DNA of 63,064 nt, the filler included, from Octopus bimaculoides (taxonomy: Eukaryota), in the NCBI RefSeq assembly GCF_001194135.2. It is 6 parts of 6 records of this genome, joined end to end, with 100 filler letters (N's around TTAATTAATTAA, not from the genome) between each part and the next. Parts side by side here need not be neighbours in the genome. Positions count along the whole stretch, not along the records: positions 27,673 to 50,615 come from NC_069000.1; 5 more parts are not named here. One strand, 5' to 3'. The notes under the pieces are model-generated. The model saw only the letters and a list, made by a program, of their open reading frames with translations, was not told where the DNA came from and did no database searches. The translations under genes and the position numbers were made by a program. Below, piece by piece: positions 28,416-40,461 of this stretch (positions are counted from its first letter, which is position 1; each line of letters starts with the position of its first letter).

Positions 28416-28787
28416 GTGGAGGCGCAATGGCTCAGTGGTTAGGGCAGCGGACTCGCGATTTCGATTCCCAGACCGGGTGTTGTGAGTGCTTATTGAGCGA
28501 AAACACCTAAAAGCTCCACGAAGCTCCGGCAGGGGATGGTGGCGAACCGTTCTGTACTCTTTCACCACAACTTTCTCTCACTCTTACTTCCTGTTTCTGT
28601 TGTGCCTGTAATTCAAAGGGTCAGCCTTGTCGCACTGTGTCACGCTGAATATCCCCGAGAACTACGTTAAGAGTACACGTGTCTGTGGAGTGCTCAGCCA
28701 CATACACGTTAATTTCACGAGTAGGCTGTTCCGTTGATCAGATCAACTGGAACCCTCGACATCGTAAACGACGGAGTGCCAACAATA
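28416..28787 (+). mobile_element. tRNA-head SINE family A, full copy
   Basis: A box TGGCTCAGTGG, B-box-like TTTCGATTCCC, (CAA)-type tail; 14-bp TSD ATCTTTACATTTGT at 28402-28415 and 28788-28801. Confidence 0.92.
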
Positions 28788-29654
28788 ATCTTTACATTTG
28801 TACCAATCTTTTTGAGTTTTGTCGGTTGAGTGCTAATACTTCAAACGTGTAGTAACGCCGTGCGCATGCGTAGTCTCACGCGGTTCGGCAAAAAGAGATC
28901 CGATAGAATAAGTACTAGGCTTCCAAAGAATAAGTCCTGGGTCGATTTGCTCGACTAAAGGCGGTGCTCCAGCTTGGCCGCAGTCAAATGACTGAAACAA
29001 GTTAAAGAGAGTAATTACGTAAAAAAAAAAAACGCAAGTGACATGAGTTATTTCCCTTACCTCAATTTTCTATTATTACGTTTTTAATTTAATTGACGTA
29101 AGTCACAAAGTGATTCAAAGGTTTCGTGCATTGGTCTCCATGAAACCTTTTCCTTTTCTTTATCATAAAAATATAGTAAACTGATCCGAGTCAATAAAAT
29201 AAATTTACATAGAATAGAAGTTTGAAAAGAAGTGCATGTATTTCCGGAATGAAGTTTAAGTTGCGACTGACGATCAATTGTTATGTTAGATAAAATAAAT
29301 AAACAGAAATGATGAGATGCAAAATATATTTGAAAATAAGTTAATTAAGATACTTAGGAAAGAAAACAAAAGAGATATTTTTACTACTTAACATTCAGAT
29401 TTCCTTGTCAAGTGTATTGTTTATTTATTCACATTGTTTTGAATTAATCGTAAATTATCTTGTAGTTTCAAGACTTCAATGATACGTTTGAGTATTTTTA
29501 GCATGACATTGTGGCCTAGGTGTGAGAGGTTGGGTGTGGTCAGTTTAACATAAAACTGGCAGAATATTTTCGCCAGATATGACCGGATTAAATGATAAAG
29601 AGTTAAGCAATTTGATTAAGAGAGAATTATTGTTTATTAAATTAACACTCAAAA

Positions 29655-29810
29655 CAGTCGTGACCAAAAGTTTGGAACGTATTTTTTTAAAAATTAAAAT
29701 TATTATGCCCAAGTACAGTTCTCTTCAAATATGTACAACATATATATATGAGCATTTAATATAAAAATTCTAATTTTCAGACCAATGTTTCAAACTTTTG
29801 GCCATGACTT
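29655..29810. mobile_element. Tc1/mariner-type MITE
   Basis: TIRs CAGTCGTGACCAAAAGTTTGGAAC / GTTTCAAACTTTTGGCCATGACTT (20/24); TA on the right flank only. Confidence 0.7.
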
Positions 29811-30317
29811 TAAGCTAGTGAGGTTTTAGCAGTTAGCTTTCTAAAATTCTAAGGCAGTAGTTCTAATATTTTTGTTCCAAATTCCAAGGAAATGGTTGAT
29901 TAATTTTTGTACTCTCCTACAATAAAGAGTGTGATGAACTGGTACCCATTCAGTGGAGAGTGTTGTAATTTCAGTCATTTATACACCATAACAACTAAGT
30001 TTAAACTCCACCTTTATGAGTCTTAGGTCTCATGACACAAATAAGTCTAAGTCTACCAAAGTAATATTACATCTGAAGATGAAAAAAAGGTAAATTTTCT
30101 TATAATTAATTTATTGTTGTTATAATTATTATTATTATTTATTGAACTACGTACTGTACTGTAGTATACTATAATTGTTGGCACTCTTAATAAGACAGGG
30201 CTAGTTATTATGTTTTTTAATCTGAAAAGTAATTTTAATGTGTGTATGTATATATATGTGCGTGTGTGTGTGTGTGTGTATATAAATGTGTATGTGTGTG
30301 TGTATATATATGTATAT

Positions 30318-30690
30318 GCATGGCTGTGTGGTAAGAAGCTTGCTTACCAACCACATGGTTCTGGGTTCAGTCCCATTGTGTGGCACCTTCGCATATGTCT
30401 TCTACTGTAGCCTCTGGTCATCCAAAATTTTGTGAGTTGATTTGGAAGATGGAAACTGAAAGAAGCCCATTGTATACGTGTGTGTGTGTGTGTGTATGTC
30501 TTTGTCCCCATCATCACTTGACAACCGGTGCTGGTGTGTTTATGTCCCCATACCTTAGTTTCGCAAAAGAGACCAATAAAATAAGTATTAGGCTTATGAT
30601 ATGTCTTTGTCTCGATTTGTTCAACTTAAAGACCTTCAAGGTGGTGTTCCAGCATAGCCACAGTCAAATGATTGAAACAAGCAAAATAAT
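30318..30690 (+). mobile_element. SINE family D, full copy with internal (TG/TA)n microsatellite
   Basis: TGGCTGTGTGG A box, GGTTCAGTCC B box, CORE-like GCACCTT(GGGCAAG)TGTCTTCT, central microsatellite, 3' domain ending GAAACAAG. Confidence 0.85.
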
Positions 30691-32069
30691 AAAAGAATAT
30701 ACACATATAATTAATGAGAGAGAGAGGGAAGATGGAATATATGAGAATCTTTATTGATCACTACAATCATTTCAACCCATCCTGCATTGATTACTCACAG
30801 GTGGGATACTGCACAACAGGTTGAGGTGTATCCCACTTGCAAGAAATTGTAGTAATCAATAAAGATTTTCATATATTCCATCTTCCATCTCTCTCATTAA
30901 TTATATACCCAACGAACACTGAACCAGTGAATGTGCTTTACCAACAAGCAACCAGGTACAAGTCCAGGCAAGTTTGTTTATGGTAGACTAGCAGTCACCC
31001 ATGCATACCAGCCTCCCGCCTCCATGCCATTGATCTTATCCAAGGGAAAGGCAAAGGCCGACACGCCTTGGCACCAGTGATGCCACAACTCATTTCTACA
31101 GCTGAGTGAATTAGAGCAACATGAAATAAGGTGTCTTGCTCTACATGTTACATTGTAAATTGCAGCTTTCCTCTAGTATTCATTTGTCTTTTATGGCTGC
31201 TGAAGTGGACTAAGGTGTTATAATGGAGGCAGTTGTAGGAATGTGTAGTTGAAAAGCTACTCCAAGTGTAACTAACAAAAGATAAAACAGGCATTATTAG
31301 TAAATAGTTGAAAACATGGAGGACATTTTTACTCATTTAACCATGTTTTGTAAGAAGGTATAACAATATCTCCAGTATCATAGTGAATACTTGGTCATCA
31401 ATTTTGGAGATTATGGAGATGTACTTTTTGTTGTCATTACATTTCAGACAGCAAGCAGGCAGAATTGTTTGCATGTCAAAGTGCTTGGCAGTATTTCTTC
31501 CAGCTCTTCATGTTCTGAGTTCAAATCCTGCCAATCCTTTTGGGTTTGATAAAATAATTATCAGCTGAGCACTAGGGTTGATGTAATGAAACTGCTAGAG
31601 AGTATATAAGACAGCAAACTTTCAGCATCTCTGCACCTCATCCATCTTTGTGAAAACTTCAAGACTTTTTAATGTTGCCAAGTAAATTGTTAGCAAGTTG
31701 GGCAAAGCACTTAACAGCATTTCATCTGCCTTAACATTCTGAGTTCAAAATTCTGCAAAGGTGAACTTTGCCTTTTGTCCTTTGGGAATTGATAAAATAA
31801 GTACCCATCACCACACAAATTTCAGGCCTTGTGCCTATATAATAAAAAGGAATATTGTCAGCTCATTCTCACACTTTCACTTTCATTCTAATCACACACA
31901 CCTGCACATCCAATCTCCTTTCACTCTCCCAATCTCTATCCACCCACACTTTCAGGTTCTTGGATCCCCATCACCCTTCTGTTCACCTCAGACTTTGATA
32001 GTCCACTGAGATACCTCATTGTTGTTATTTTCATCTCTTCCCAACAGCCACATTATGTAGGTGTTGGAC

Positions 32070-32705
32070 AGGAGTGTGTATTTCACCTCTCCATTTCATA
32101 ATTTTTATGAACTGGATTGACATATGTAGTCATTGCAGAAGTGGTATCACAATTGGTAGGTGTAGGATTGGTCAGCTGATATTTACAGATGACATGCTGC
32201 TGCTTGGTTCATCAGGTGATCTCCAGCAAGCACTGAATGGGTTCAGTACCGAGTGTTGCTACAAAGATGAGAGTTAGTGTTGTGAAGACTGAGACATTGA
32301 CCCTCTCAAGAAAGTCTTCCCAGTGCATTCTGCATATTAGTGGAGAAGTTTGTGGTGGGAAGTAGGAGTTTATGTTACTTGACAGGGTGCATGGCTCAGA
32401 GGTCAGGGAGTCTCTCCAGGTCGAGCTGCTACTTGTTAGCATTGAGAAGTCACAGCTCTAGTACTGCAGACATGTGATTAGAATGCCACAGGAAAGAACC
32501 ATAAGAAATATTCTTGAAGCCAAGCCAACTGGCAGGAGACCTCAGGGTAGGTCACAGATGAGATGGTTGAGTAATATCCATACTCTCAGTTGGTCATGCT
32601 TGAGAAAGTCTAATGATACTTGTTTCTGATAAAACTATGGTGAAGGTGCCTTAGGGCTCTACTCCAACAACTCTCCTAGGTGGCAAAAACAGGTAAATGG
32701 ATGAA
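32070..32705 (+). mobile_element. RTE-type LINE fragment (RT core to 3' end, decayed)
   Basis: SPLHFIIFMNWID...GQLIFTDDMLLL (FADD-like RT motif), then SQL*YCRHVIRMPQERTIRNILEAKPTGRRPQGR..RWLSNI; stops and frameshifts. Confidence 0.85.
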
Positions 32706-32874
32706 CTACCAGGCTCAAGGTGAAAAATAGATGTTAATTGTAATGCCATCCATTGAAAGAGGGACTGTGTTCTCACTTAATCTAGCTTAACAGACTGAAT
32801 ACAGCATGATTAACTTATCGAAACAATATCAAACCATAACAAAAATGAAAACAGTAAGAGAGATGATTTGTAAT

Positions 32875-32880
32875 TTTATT
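32875..32880 (-). terminator. Candidate polyadenylation signal (AATAAA) for GINS2
   Basis: AATAAA on the minus strand about 20 nt after the stop codon; the hexamer is common in AT-rich DNA. Confidence 0.4.
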
Positions 32881-32899
32881 AATGAGTATTATTAAATGT

Positions 32900-33025
32900 T
32901 CATATATCTTGTGAATTTCCTGTATATTTTGTATGAATGTTATTTCTTAGTACATTTATATGGTTCATGGTCTCAGTAAGTACAGCACGGATAGTATTTA
33001 TTTCCATTGGAGTCAAATGATTCAG
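32900..33025 (-). CDS. GINS2: GINS2 coding exon 5 (terminal)
   Basis: LNHLTPMEINTIRAVLTETMNHINVLRNNIHTKYTGNSQDI*; the five exons sum to 558 nt = 185 aa + stop with no frame break. Confidence 0.95.
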   Translation of the reverse strand: MNHLTPMEINTIRAVLTETMNHINVLRNNIHTKYTGNSQDI

Positions 33026-33693
33026 CTGAAGAGAGAGAGAGAAAAAAGAAAAGGCATCATAAATAAGAAACATCTCAATCATGTATCAAAAGGAAGCATT
33101 ATTGTAAGAGTTTTGTGGTTTTAAAACTTTTGTGTAATCCATCCTTTTTGACAGGTCTTGTTCTTTATCCTAACTTTCTAACAATCATCCTCACCCAACT
33201 AGCTTGGTAAGGGTGTCAGTTTAGTCACTGTTGACCAAACAAAGCAACAGGTTGTACTAGATTACATGTTACCAGTGGCACTCTGGTACAAAATAGTAAA
33301 ATAAGGATGGATCAACTCAGCAATGGTCACAATTATGGAACATGGAACTATAGAAATGCACAAGTTGGTGACCAGGCAGGCACACTGTAAATCTACTTTC
33401 GGAGAGATGGATTTCTAGTTTGATCCAGAGCATCTGTCTAGCAGAGTTGTAGTCAGAGCTCCTTGGCTGTGATGATAGCAACCTATCTGCACTGTCCAGA
33501 TACATTGTGGATAAGACTAGGAAGACAAAGGTTAAGGGAGTTCACTCATCATCATCATTTAATGTCCATTTTTCCATTGGAATAAAATCATAATTAACTG
33601 ATACTCCTGTGTTTTCTTTTACCCAAAGCCCCACCGTAGAAATTAGCATAGCAATTACCGACTCTATATACAATAAATTATGCAAAGAGTTAC

Positions 33694-33820
33694 CTTAGCA
33701 TGTGTGGCATCACTTTTGATGAAAGTATCAATACTGCTTCGTAATTTTGCTTTGCGCAAGTCCCAGATGTCTTTAATAAGAGTTCGTAGTTCATCAGCTT
33801 TGGGGATGTCTTCAGGAGCA
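33694..33820 (-). CDS. GINS2: GINS2 coding exon 4
   Basis: APEDIPKADELRTLIKDIWDLRKAKLRSSIDTFIKSDATHAK; PSF2 IP.ADE.RTL.KD.WD.R.AKLR motif; 127 nt, GTAACT donor. Confidence 0.97.
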
Positions 33821-34896
33821 CTGAAACATGAGTAAAATCACTTATTAACCATAGTTATGTTTGCTATTTAACCCTTTTGCTACAATATTTTGTTACTATT
33901 AATCTTGAAAATAACGAAGAATTTAGTAAAATAACTGTCATTATTAAGTTGATGGTTTAAAAAGGCAGTGAGCCAGCAGAATCTTGAGCAGCATTTCATC
34001 TGTCTTAATGTTTGGAGTTCAAATTCCACCAAGGGTGACAAAATAAGTACCAGATGAATACTAGGTTCAATGTAATAGACTTACCCACTACCTTGAAATT
34101 GCTGGCCTTGTGCTAAAATTCAAAACCCTTATTAAGCTGATGTTTAGAATATAAGAGAGGGTACCAAAAAGTTTCTGGCTTTAAGGGTATCGTGAAAGGC
34201 CTGGTTGGAGGCCCAACCTTCCAAGTTCTTTTACAGGGCTTAGAAAAACTGAAGGACTCCTGCAATAAGTGTGTGAATCTGAGAAGGGAATATGTTGAAT
34301 AAAATCATAATCAAATGATCCTTTTGTATTTTCTTTTACTCAGAGCCAGGAATTTTTCAGCAACCTCTCATAATAAACATTAACTTTTGATGAGATGTTT
34401 TTAGATCATTTTAAAAACAGGTAGCTTGTACCATAAAACCTGGAGCTGTCTTATCAAAAGAGATAAGAGGCACAAGAGAGATTGAAGTGCAAGATACACT
34501 CATTCAGGACTATGACTTCTGTTGCTATTATGTTAAACTGTTGTATGTCCAAAATTGGCCAAATGCGTTTTATTTTTTCAATATTTAATTTTGCTTGCAA
34601 TAGCCAGTTCTTTTGGTCAAAGCATCGTATCTCCAGCTGCTTCAGCTGCCAAGATATCAAAATTGTCAAAGTGTAGTACAACGGTTTAGCATTTTTTTTT
34701 TGTTTGTTTTGCAAGTACTTGGTGACCCTGTCAGCACAGGTACCACTTAAAAACACCCAGTCCACAACATTTCAGGGGAAAATTGCATTATGCTCTTTAC
34801 TGATTTACTTAGGTTTCCTTACAAACATTTCCTATAACTCTAGATGCACATAAAATTGCACACTAAAATGTTCAACATGAACCCAAAGTGACTTAC

Positions 34897-34996
34897 TTTT
34901 TGAGCAGAAGTTGTGTTATTTCAATGTAATATCGAGATGGCATTTTTGTGAAGAGTCTGCTCTCGAGCTCTTCTTGTTTTTTCAAATTAAGGTCAT
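34897..34996 (-). CDS. GINS2: GINS2 coding exon 3
   Basis: (D)DLNLKKQEELESRLFTKMPSRYYIEITQLLLK; tttcag acceptor, GTAAGT donor; 100 nt, phase-compatible with exons 2 and 4. Confidence 0.95.
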
Positions 34997-35100
34997 CTGA
35001 AACATGTCAAAAGTAAACTTCCAAGTGAAATTTTGATCAGTAAGAATTTAAAGTATGAAGTTATTAAATAACATACAAGGGTATGTATGTGCATACACAC

Positions 35101-35136
<36 letters not shown>

Positions 35137-36183
35137 CACACACACATATATATCTATGTACATCTATACCTACATACATACAAATATATGCACCCACTAC
35201 ACTCTCGGAGTGGTTGGCGTTAGGAAGGGCATCCGGCTGTAGAAACTCTGCCAGATCAGATTGGAGCCTGTTGCAGCCATCTGGTTCACCAGTCTCCAGT
35301 CAAATCGTCCCAATGTTTGCAATAATTATCTTTATTTTGGGATTAAAATGTGTTTTCCAAATCATGATCTCTACCTGTTTTGGCTTTATAAAATTCTAAA
35401 ACTTCAAGTGATTTTGATGTAAATTCTAGGTAATAAATCTATAAGATACTTCAGGATATTGGAAAGGCAGAGAGGTACCAGTCTCATTATAAAATAATGT
35501 TGAGATGAAGCTGAAGTTTTAAAAAATATCAAATAAAAACTTTTGGTTGCAGAAGTAATTCACTAACATTAAGTTTGTCCTCATCAGTTCCAAATATCGG
35601 ATTTAGTAGAACACACTTTCAGTAACCAACAGTGAAATTAATCAATTCCTTCTGAGGGCCTTTTAGCCTCATGCAGAAGCAATATCTTTGCATCAAGCAG
35701 ATTTATCTCATTGAAATTTGAAACAATAATGTGTTATCTGGGTAAATACTGTTAAAGAAAAAGTATTTTACTGGATAAAGCCATCAGGCTTTTCATAATA
35801 AAATTCTTAACCTTAGTTCTTTTTTTTTAAAGGAAAAACACAATTTTCCACCTTATATTACTTACTAGTCAGTGTTTTGTATTTGAGGTTATAATAATCT
35901 AATGTTCAGTGTAAAAAAAGAAAAAAAATTCTCGATAATCTTTTAATAAGATTAATACAGAGAAAGAGAAAAGATACACGGTTTTTATTCTGAAGGCAAT
36001 GAAGTGGTAACTTGAAAAAAGTTTGTAAAAATTTATTTCAAATCAAAGGGTTTGTTCTAATTATTTAGATTTGCAGCAGATATGCCCAACCTATATCAGA
36101 AAAGAAAAAAAATAATCTAAAATATATAAAAATACAAAAAGTTATTGTATCAGCATGTTGATATCAACAGAGAAATCCTTTAC

Positions 36184-36298
36184 CTATATTCATCCATGCT
36201 GGAGGAATAATTCGACCACGGCATCTCTGTTTTAGATTCACTGCTAACCACAAAGGAACCGAAGTTGGTATTCCAGCTTCAAAAGGACCAAAATCGCC
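36184..36298 (-). CDS. GINS2: GINS2 coding exon 2
   Basis: Pyrimidine tract + [46 protein letters not shown] donor; hallmark PSF2 VPLWLA.NLKQR motif; 115 nt. Confidence 0.97.
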
Positions 36299-36511
36299 CT
36301 ATGTAGATAAAAAGAGGGAAAACAAATAATACACAATGCTCCAGTATATGATATCTAGCAGACTGAGCAAGGCATGTACAACCTTTGTCGACAAGCAGAT
36401 CGCATGAGAAATGGCTCGTCGTCAGGCGGGCCACACTACAAATAAAACTCAAGATAATTTTTCGTCGGCGTGCCATTTAGAAAGTCACACGGGCCACAGT
36501 TTGCCCAAGAC

Positions 36512-36808
36512 CAGGAGTCGGGGAACTTCTTTAACTAATTACCCCACAATATATTTATTTAAGCCGACGTTAAACCCTTGATTTGAAAGGAAGTAAATCA
36601 TAGATGTTTTTAATTCAAAAGGTTTATTGAGTCTATTTTATTACACGTCCAAATTACATTGGATGCCAGAAGAAAAATAGCTATCGTAACAAGGAACACA
36701 TTTTTATATACATATATAATTTTACTTATGTTTAATGAATCTTTATTACCTCCAAGATTTTCATTTTTACCCCACTAGGGGTAATTTAACCCGGTTCACC
36801 GACTCCTG
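36512..36808. mobile_element. hAT-type MITE in GINS2 intron 1
   Basis: TIR CAGGAGTCGGGGAAC / GTTCACCGACTCCTG (14/15); flanks CCCAAGAC/CTCAGGGC match 5/8, all differences transitions. Confidence 0.7.
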
Positions 36809-37360
36809 CTCAGGGCTGTTTTTGCGGGTTTTCTCAATTAAACATGCTGGAGCACATTAGAGTTATCTCCCGTCGAATTTATTATTTAAATACTTAGAAT
36901 TTACATAAGCAGCAAAACTGTTTCATTAAGACATGAGTTCATAAAATATGTCAACATTGGATTTAAAATCAATCGTTAGTAATGACAATAAAGGGCCCAC
37001 ATAAGTAAGTTGGCGAAGGTAAAGAATATGCACGCCACCCCGTTTTCGGCGTAACCCAACAGCCGAAAAAGGATGGTGTGCGTACACGCTTTACCGTCGC
37101 CAGTAAATTTACGAAATTATAACATTTTAATGGCTTTCAGAAAACAAATTTAGTAAATATATAAAAAAAAAAAAAAATTACTTATTTTTTCTCATTTAAT
37201 TTCCTTTTAAAAATTATTTAAATATTCATTTATTTATTGATTGCTAAGTTGCTGGAAACGAGTATTTCTTCAATAGAGGAAAAAGAGAAAAACGCTCATC
37301 TTGTCAACAAAAAAATCCGGAGAATAATCTAGAAAAACAAAACAACAACGATCGACTTAC

Positions 37361-37450
37361 TTGGATTAAATAAATATTAGAATATGTAAAATTAGGCTCA
37401 AATGAAATTAGTTCCTTCTCCGCAAGAAATTCTATTTCTGCAGGCGACAT
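37361..37450 (-). CDS. GINS2: GINS complex subunit 2 (PSF2), coding exon 1
   Basis: Translates MSPAEIEFLAEKELISFEPNFTYSNIYLIQ, followed by a GTAAGT donor; matches the conserved PSF2 N-terminus (EVEFLAEKELV..IPNF); 90 nt, phase 0. Confidence 0.96.
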
Positions 37451-38202
37451 ATGGACAGCAACACCTGCCATTGTTTGTTTAAGTTAAATTTTCGCGGCAA
37501 ATTTTGATCTTCCGGTTTAAGGAGAACAACGAACATATAAATTTTTTCGTAGCAAATTCGCTCCCATAATTTTCAAAAAAAAATAAAATATTCTTTAAAT
37601 TTTATTTAATCTAAAAAAAAAAAAAGTAATAAATATAAAATGCATATGGAGACCATTGGAAACGCAGACACGTACCTATTATATGTAGCTTTTACTATAC
37701 TACTAATTACATCGAGCCAATGAAAACATCAACACGCTCGCTTTATTTGCTAGAAATAGCAACCATATTTCGATCGAACCACGGCTGAATGTCAACGATA
37801 ACAACAACAAAAGAAATTTTAAAAAGAAATTAAATATTAAATGATATAGTCATAAACACACTGTCTGGAGAAAAAAACTGACAATTACGACTGGAATACC
37901 TTTGAACGAAGCCGACTTGGGTTATCAGTAAAAATATACTATAACATTCAAAACGATCAAGATTTGTAAATCCTTGACATGAGTATGTCACTACTAAAAA
38001 TAAACATCGTGTCCAATATACAATTACTTGGCAAACATCACCGATCATTGGTGAAATGCCAAATAATGACAAGTTTTTCATCAGAAATAAAATAAGCTAA
38101 GGTTCCATATAAAGAAACGAGAATCTTTTAGTAATTATAATTGAGTTTTAGTATTCGAGAGTGGCTTCCCTTTAAAAACAAACTACTAAATCTCAGCCTG
38201 TA
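37451..38202. promoter_or_regulatory. Putative bidirectional promoter/5'UTR region between GINS2 and TMEM143-like
   Basis: Divergent start codons 752 nt apart, no recognisable SINE or microsatellite; TTTCGCGG (E2F-type) at 37490-37497 and CTTCCGG (ETS-type) at 37509-37515. Confidence 0.6.
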
Positions 38203-38325
38203 ATGGCGAACTATTTTGTCCATTCGTCCAAATGTACGAGACATTGGATATTTTCTGCCTCTCGGATTCCTCACTATAGCAGTAATCAACATCCAAGATT
38301 AAGTTCAAAGCGATGTCATTCGTTG
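38203..38325 (+). CDS. TMEM143: TMEM143-like, putative coding exon 1 (mitochondrial presequence-like)
   Basis: MANYFVHSSKCTRHWIFSASRIPHYSSNQHPRLSSKRCHSL then GTATGT donor; R/S-rich with no acidic residues; phase 0 fits the next exon. Assigned by phase and position, not homology. Confidence 0.6.
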
Positions 38326-38982
38326 GTATGTATCAGCGGCAATTTCTTTTGTTTTACTAACCTAGTTATCTAATTGACTTGGCAGTAAGTTTCGGCGAAC
38401 CGAATCGGCCGTTCTTGTTCAGATTCCTGGTTTCATTAACATCAGTCACATGTTAAATATAGCTTTTCGTGTTGCCCGTTGGGTTCTAAAAATATCTTAC
38501 ACATTACAGCAACTGAACTGTGGTCAAAATCGAATGTGAGCAAACCAAAACAAATGCTTTTTATGAATGGAGAACAAATGGATAAATATTCATTGGTTTT
38601 CTGTGTTATCGCTGTCGCACCTGCGACCGGCTTGTTTGGCTTATCGGAACTTCTGTGGGTGCGGCCGAGTATTAATTGGTTTGTTTAGGTTGAAATTCAG
38701 TTTGTTTTTTATTATATATATATATATTGATGGTTTCTTATTAGGAAACCAATAGATTTTATGGTACGTTGTCGGTTGAAACAATATATTCGTGTATAAA
38801 ATTTTATACTATATGTTCTATTTCTTGCATCTTACTTCTGATATATTTCTTATTATTTCTTCTTACGTTATATCTTCTTATTTCTTATGTTTGACGGCTT
38901 ATGTTGTATATCTTATATATGTTCATCGAGGGGGTGTGATATGTTGAGTCGTTAACCCACAGCGTTTTTATTCTATAACTAA

Positions 38983-39024
<42 letters not shown>

Positions 39025-40185
39025 CAGACATGTATGTATATAATAAATTATGCAATATTTTTCAATAGTCTGAGATCAAATAACAAAAAATGAGGTAAAA
39101 CGGCCGGAGATTAAATAAGAAAAAGTGTTTAATTCCACTCAATAACAGTTTATTAAATAGTCGAAATTGAAATAAAATATGAGAAATGTTTCAACTGCTT
39201 TCAATTCTTTTCAAAGGCAGGTGGTTTTAAGAAATTGTTTCTCAAGGCTAAATCTTTCTCACAAGGTGACCAAGTGAATCTAAACAGCGAGTTCAAAATG
39301 AAATTAGAACTTTCCCATCTTCGAAATTTCGATTTCCATCAGTATTCTGCGAGGTGACTCTCAAGCAATTGTTCTTTTGTACCCTTCGCTGTCCTGATCA
39401 ACCTTGACCTCATTATCTTCGACCGTCCCACAATATTTTGAATGTGAGTTTCAATGACAGGAGCAACAAAATACTGATTCACACAACATAATGCTTTTAG
39501 CCCATCAATTTCATTGATATTAGTTTCAAATTTTGGAACAAGGCCAGCAAGTTTGTGGGGAGGGCGTAAGCTAATTATATCGATCCCAGTTTTCAACTGA
39601 TACTTATTTTATCAACCCCGAAAAGTTGAAAGGCAAACTCGACCTCGGCGGAATTCGAGTTTAGAACACGGAATTCGAGCCTAACCCTAAGCATTTTTCC
39701 AGCGTGCTTTACGATTCTGTCAGCTCGCCGCCTTTTCACTTTCACTAATATTGCCGTACACAGTCCAACTGTTCTCACCATATCACTTTACAAGGTACAA
39801 TAATCTGCTAGGTTATTGGCATCAAGTTAAGAAAAGCAAGCTTTGTTGAATATTTTCTTAAAGGTCACATATAATAACAACAATTAGCAGCGAGTAGTTA
39901 CGCAGTTGGTCGACTGGTTCTGGTTAATCAATTGTAAGTCTTTTGCAAGTCTTCAATCTCCTAGAAGCATCTTTCCTGAATTGTATTTCCTCTTCCCATG
40001 CATAAATCCTTCCTCATTCTGAAATACAAACAAAGGATAAGGCATGGAGACCATTGGTTCTAGAATCCATTTGTCCAACCATATCGAACTTCCTCACGCA
40101 GAAATCTCTGATAGTGTTGAATCAGTTTGCTTCTGCACTTTAAGTCATTGTTAATCCGATGATCCAAGATCTGTAATATCTTTAA

Positions 40186-40416
40186 GGCGGCGAGCTGGCA
40201 GAAACGTTAGCACGCCGGGCGAAATGCTTAGTGGTATTTCGTCTGCCGCTACGTTCTGAATTCAAATTCCGCCGAGGTCGACTTTGCCTATCATCCTTTC
40301 GGGGTCGATTAAATAAGTACCAGTTATGCACTGGAGTCGATATAATCGACTTAATCCGTTTGTCTGTCCTTGTTTGTCCCCTCTGTGTGTAGCCCCTTGT
40401 GGGCAGTAAAGAAATA
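40186..40416 (+). mobile_element. SINE family B copy with an atypical tail
   Basis: GGCGGCGAGCTGGCAGAAACGTTAGC head, GTTCTGAATTCAAATTCC B-box-like motif, CTTTGCC(T)TTCATCCTTTCGGGGTCGAT..AAGTACCAG central domain; ends TAGCCCCTTGTGGGCAGTAAAGAAATA. Confidence 0.88.
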
Positions 40417-40461
40417 AGAAACGTTAGCTCGCCGGGCGAAATGCTTAGCGGTATTTCGTCT

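Noticed and set aside
36279-36476. ORF MARRRKIILSF... as a separate gene
   Set aside because: Lies in GINS2 intron 1 and overlaps exon 2 out of frame; no recognisable homology.
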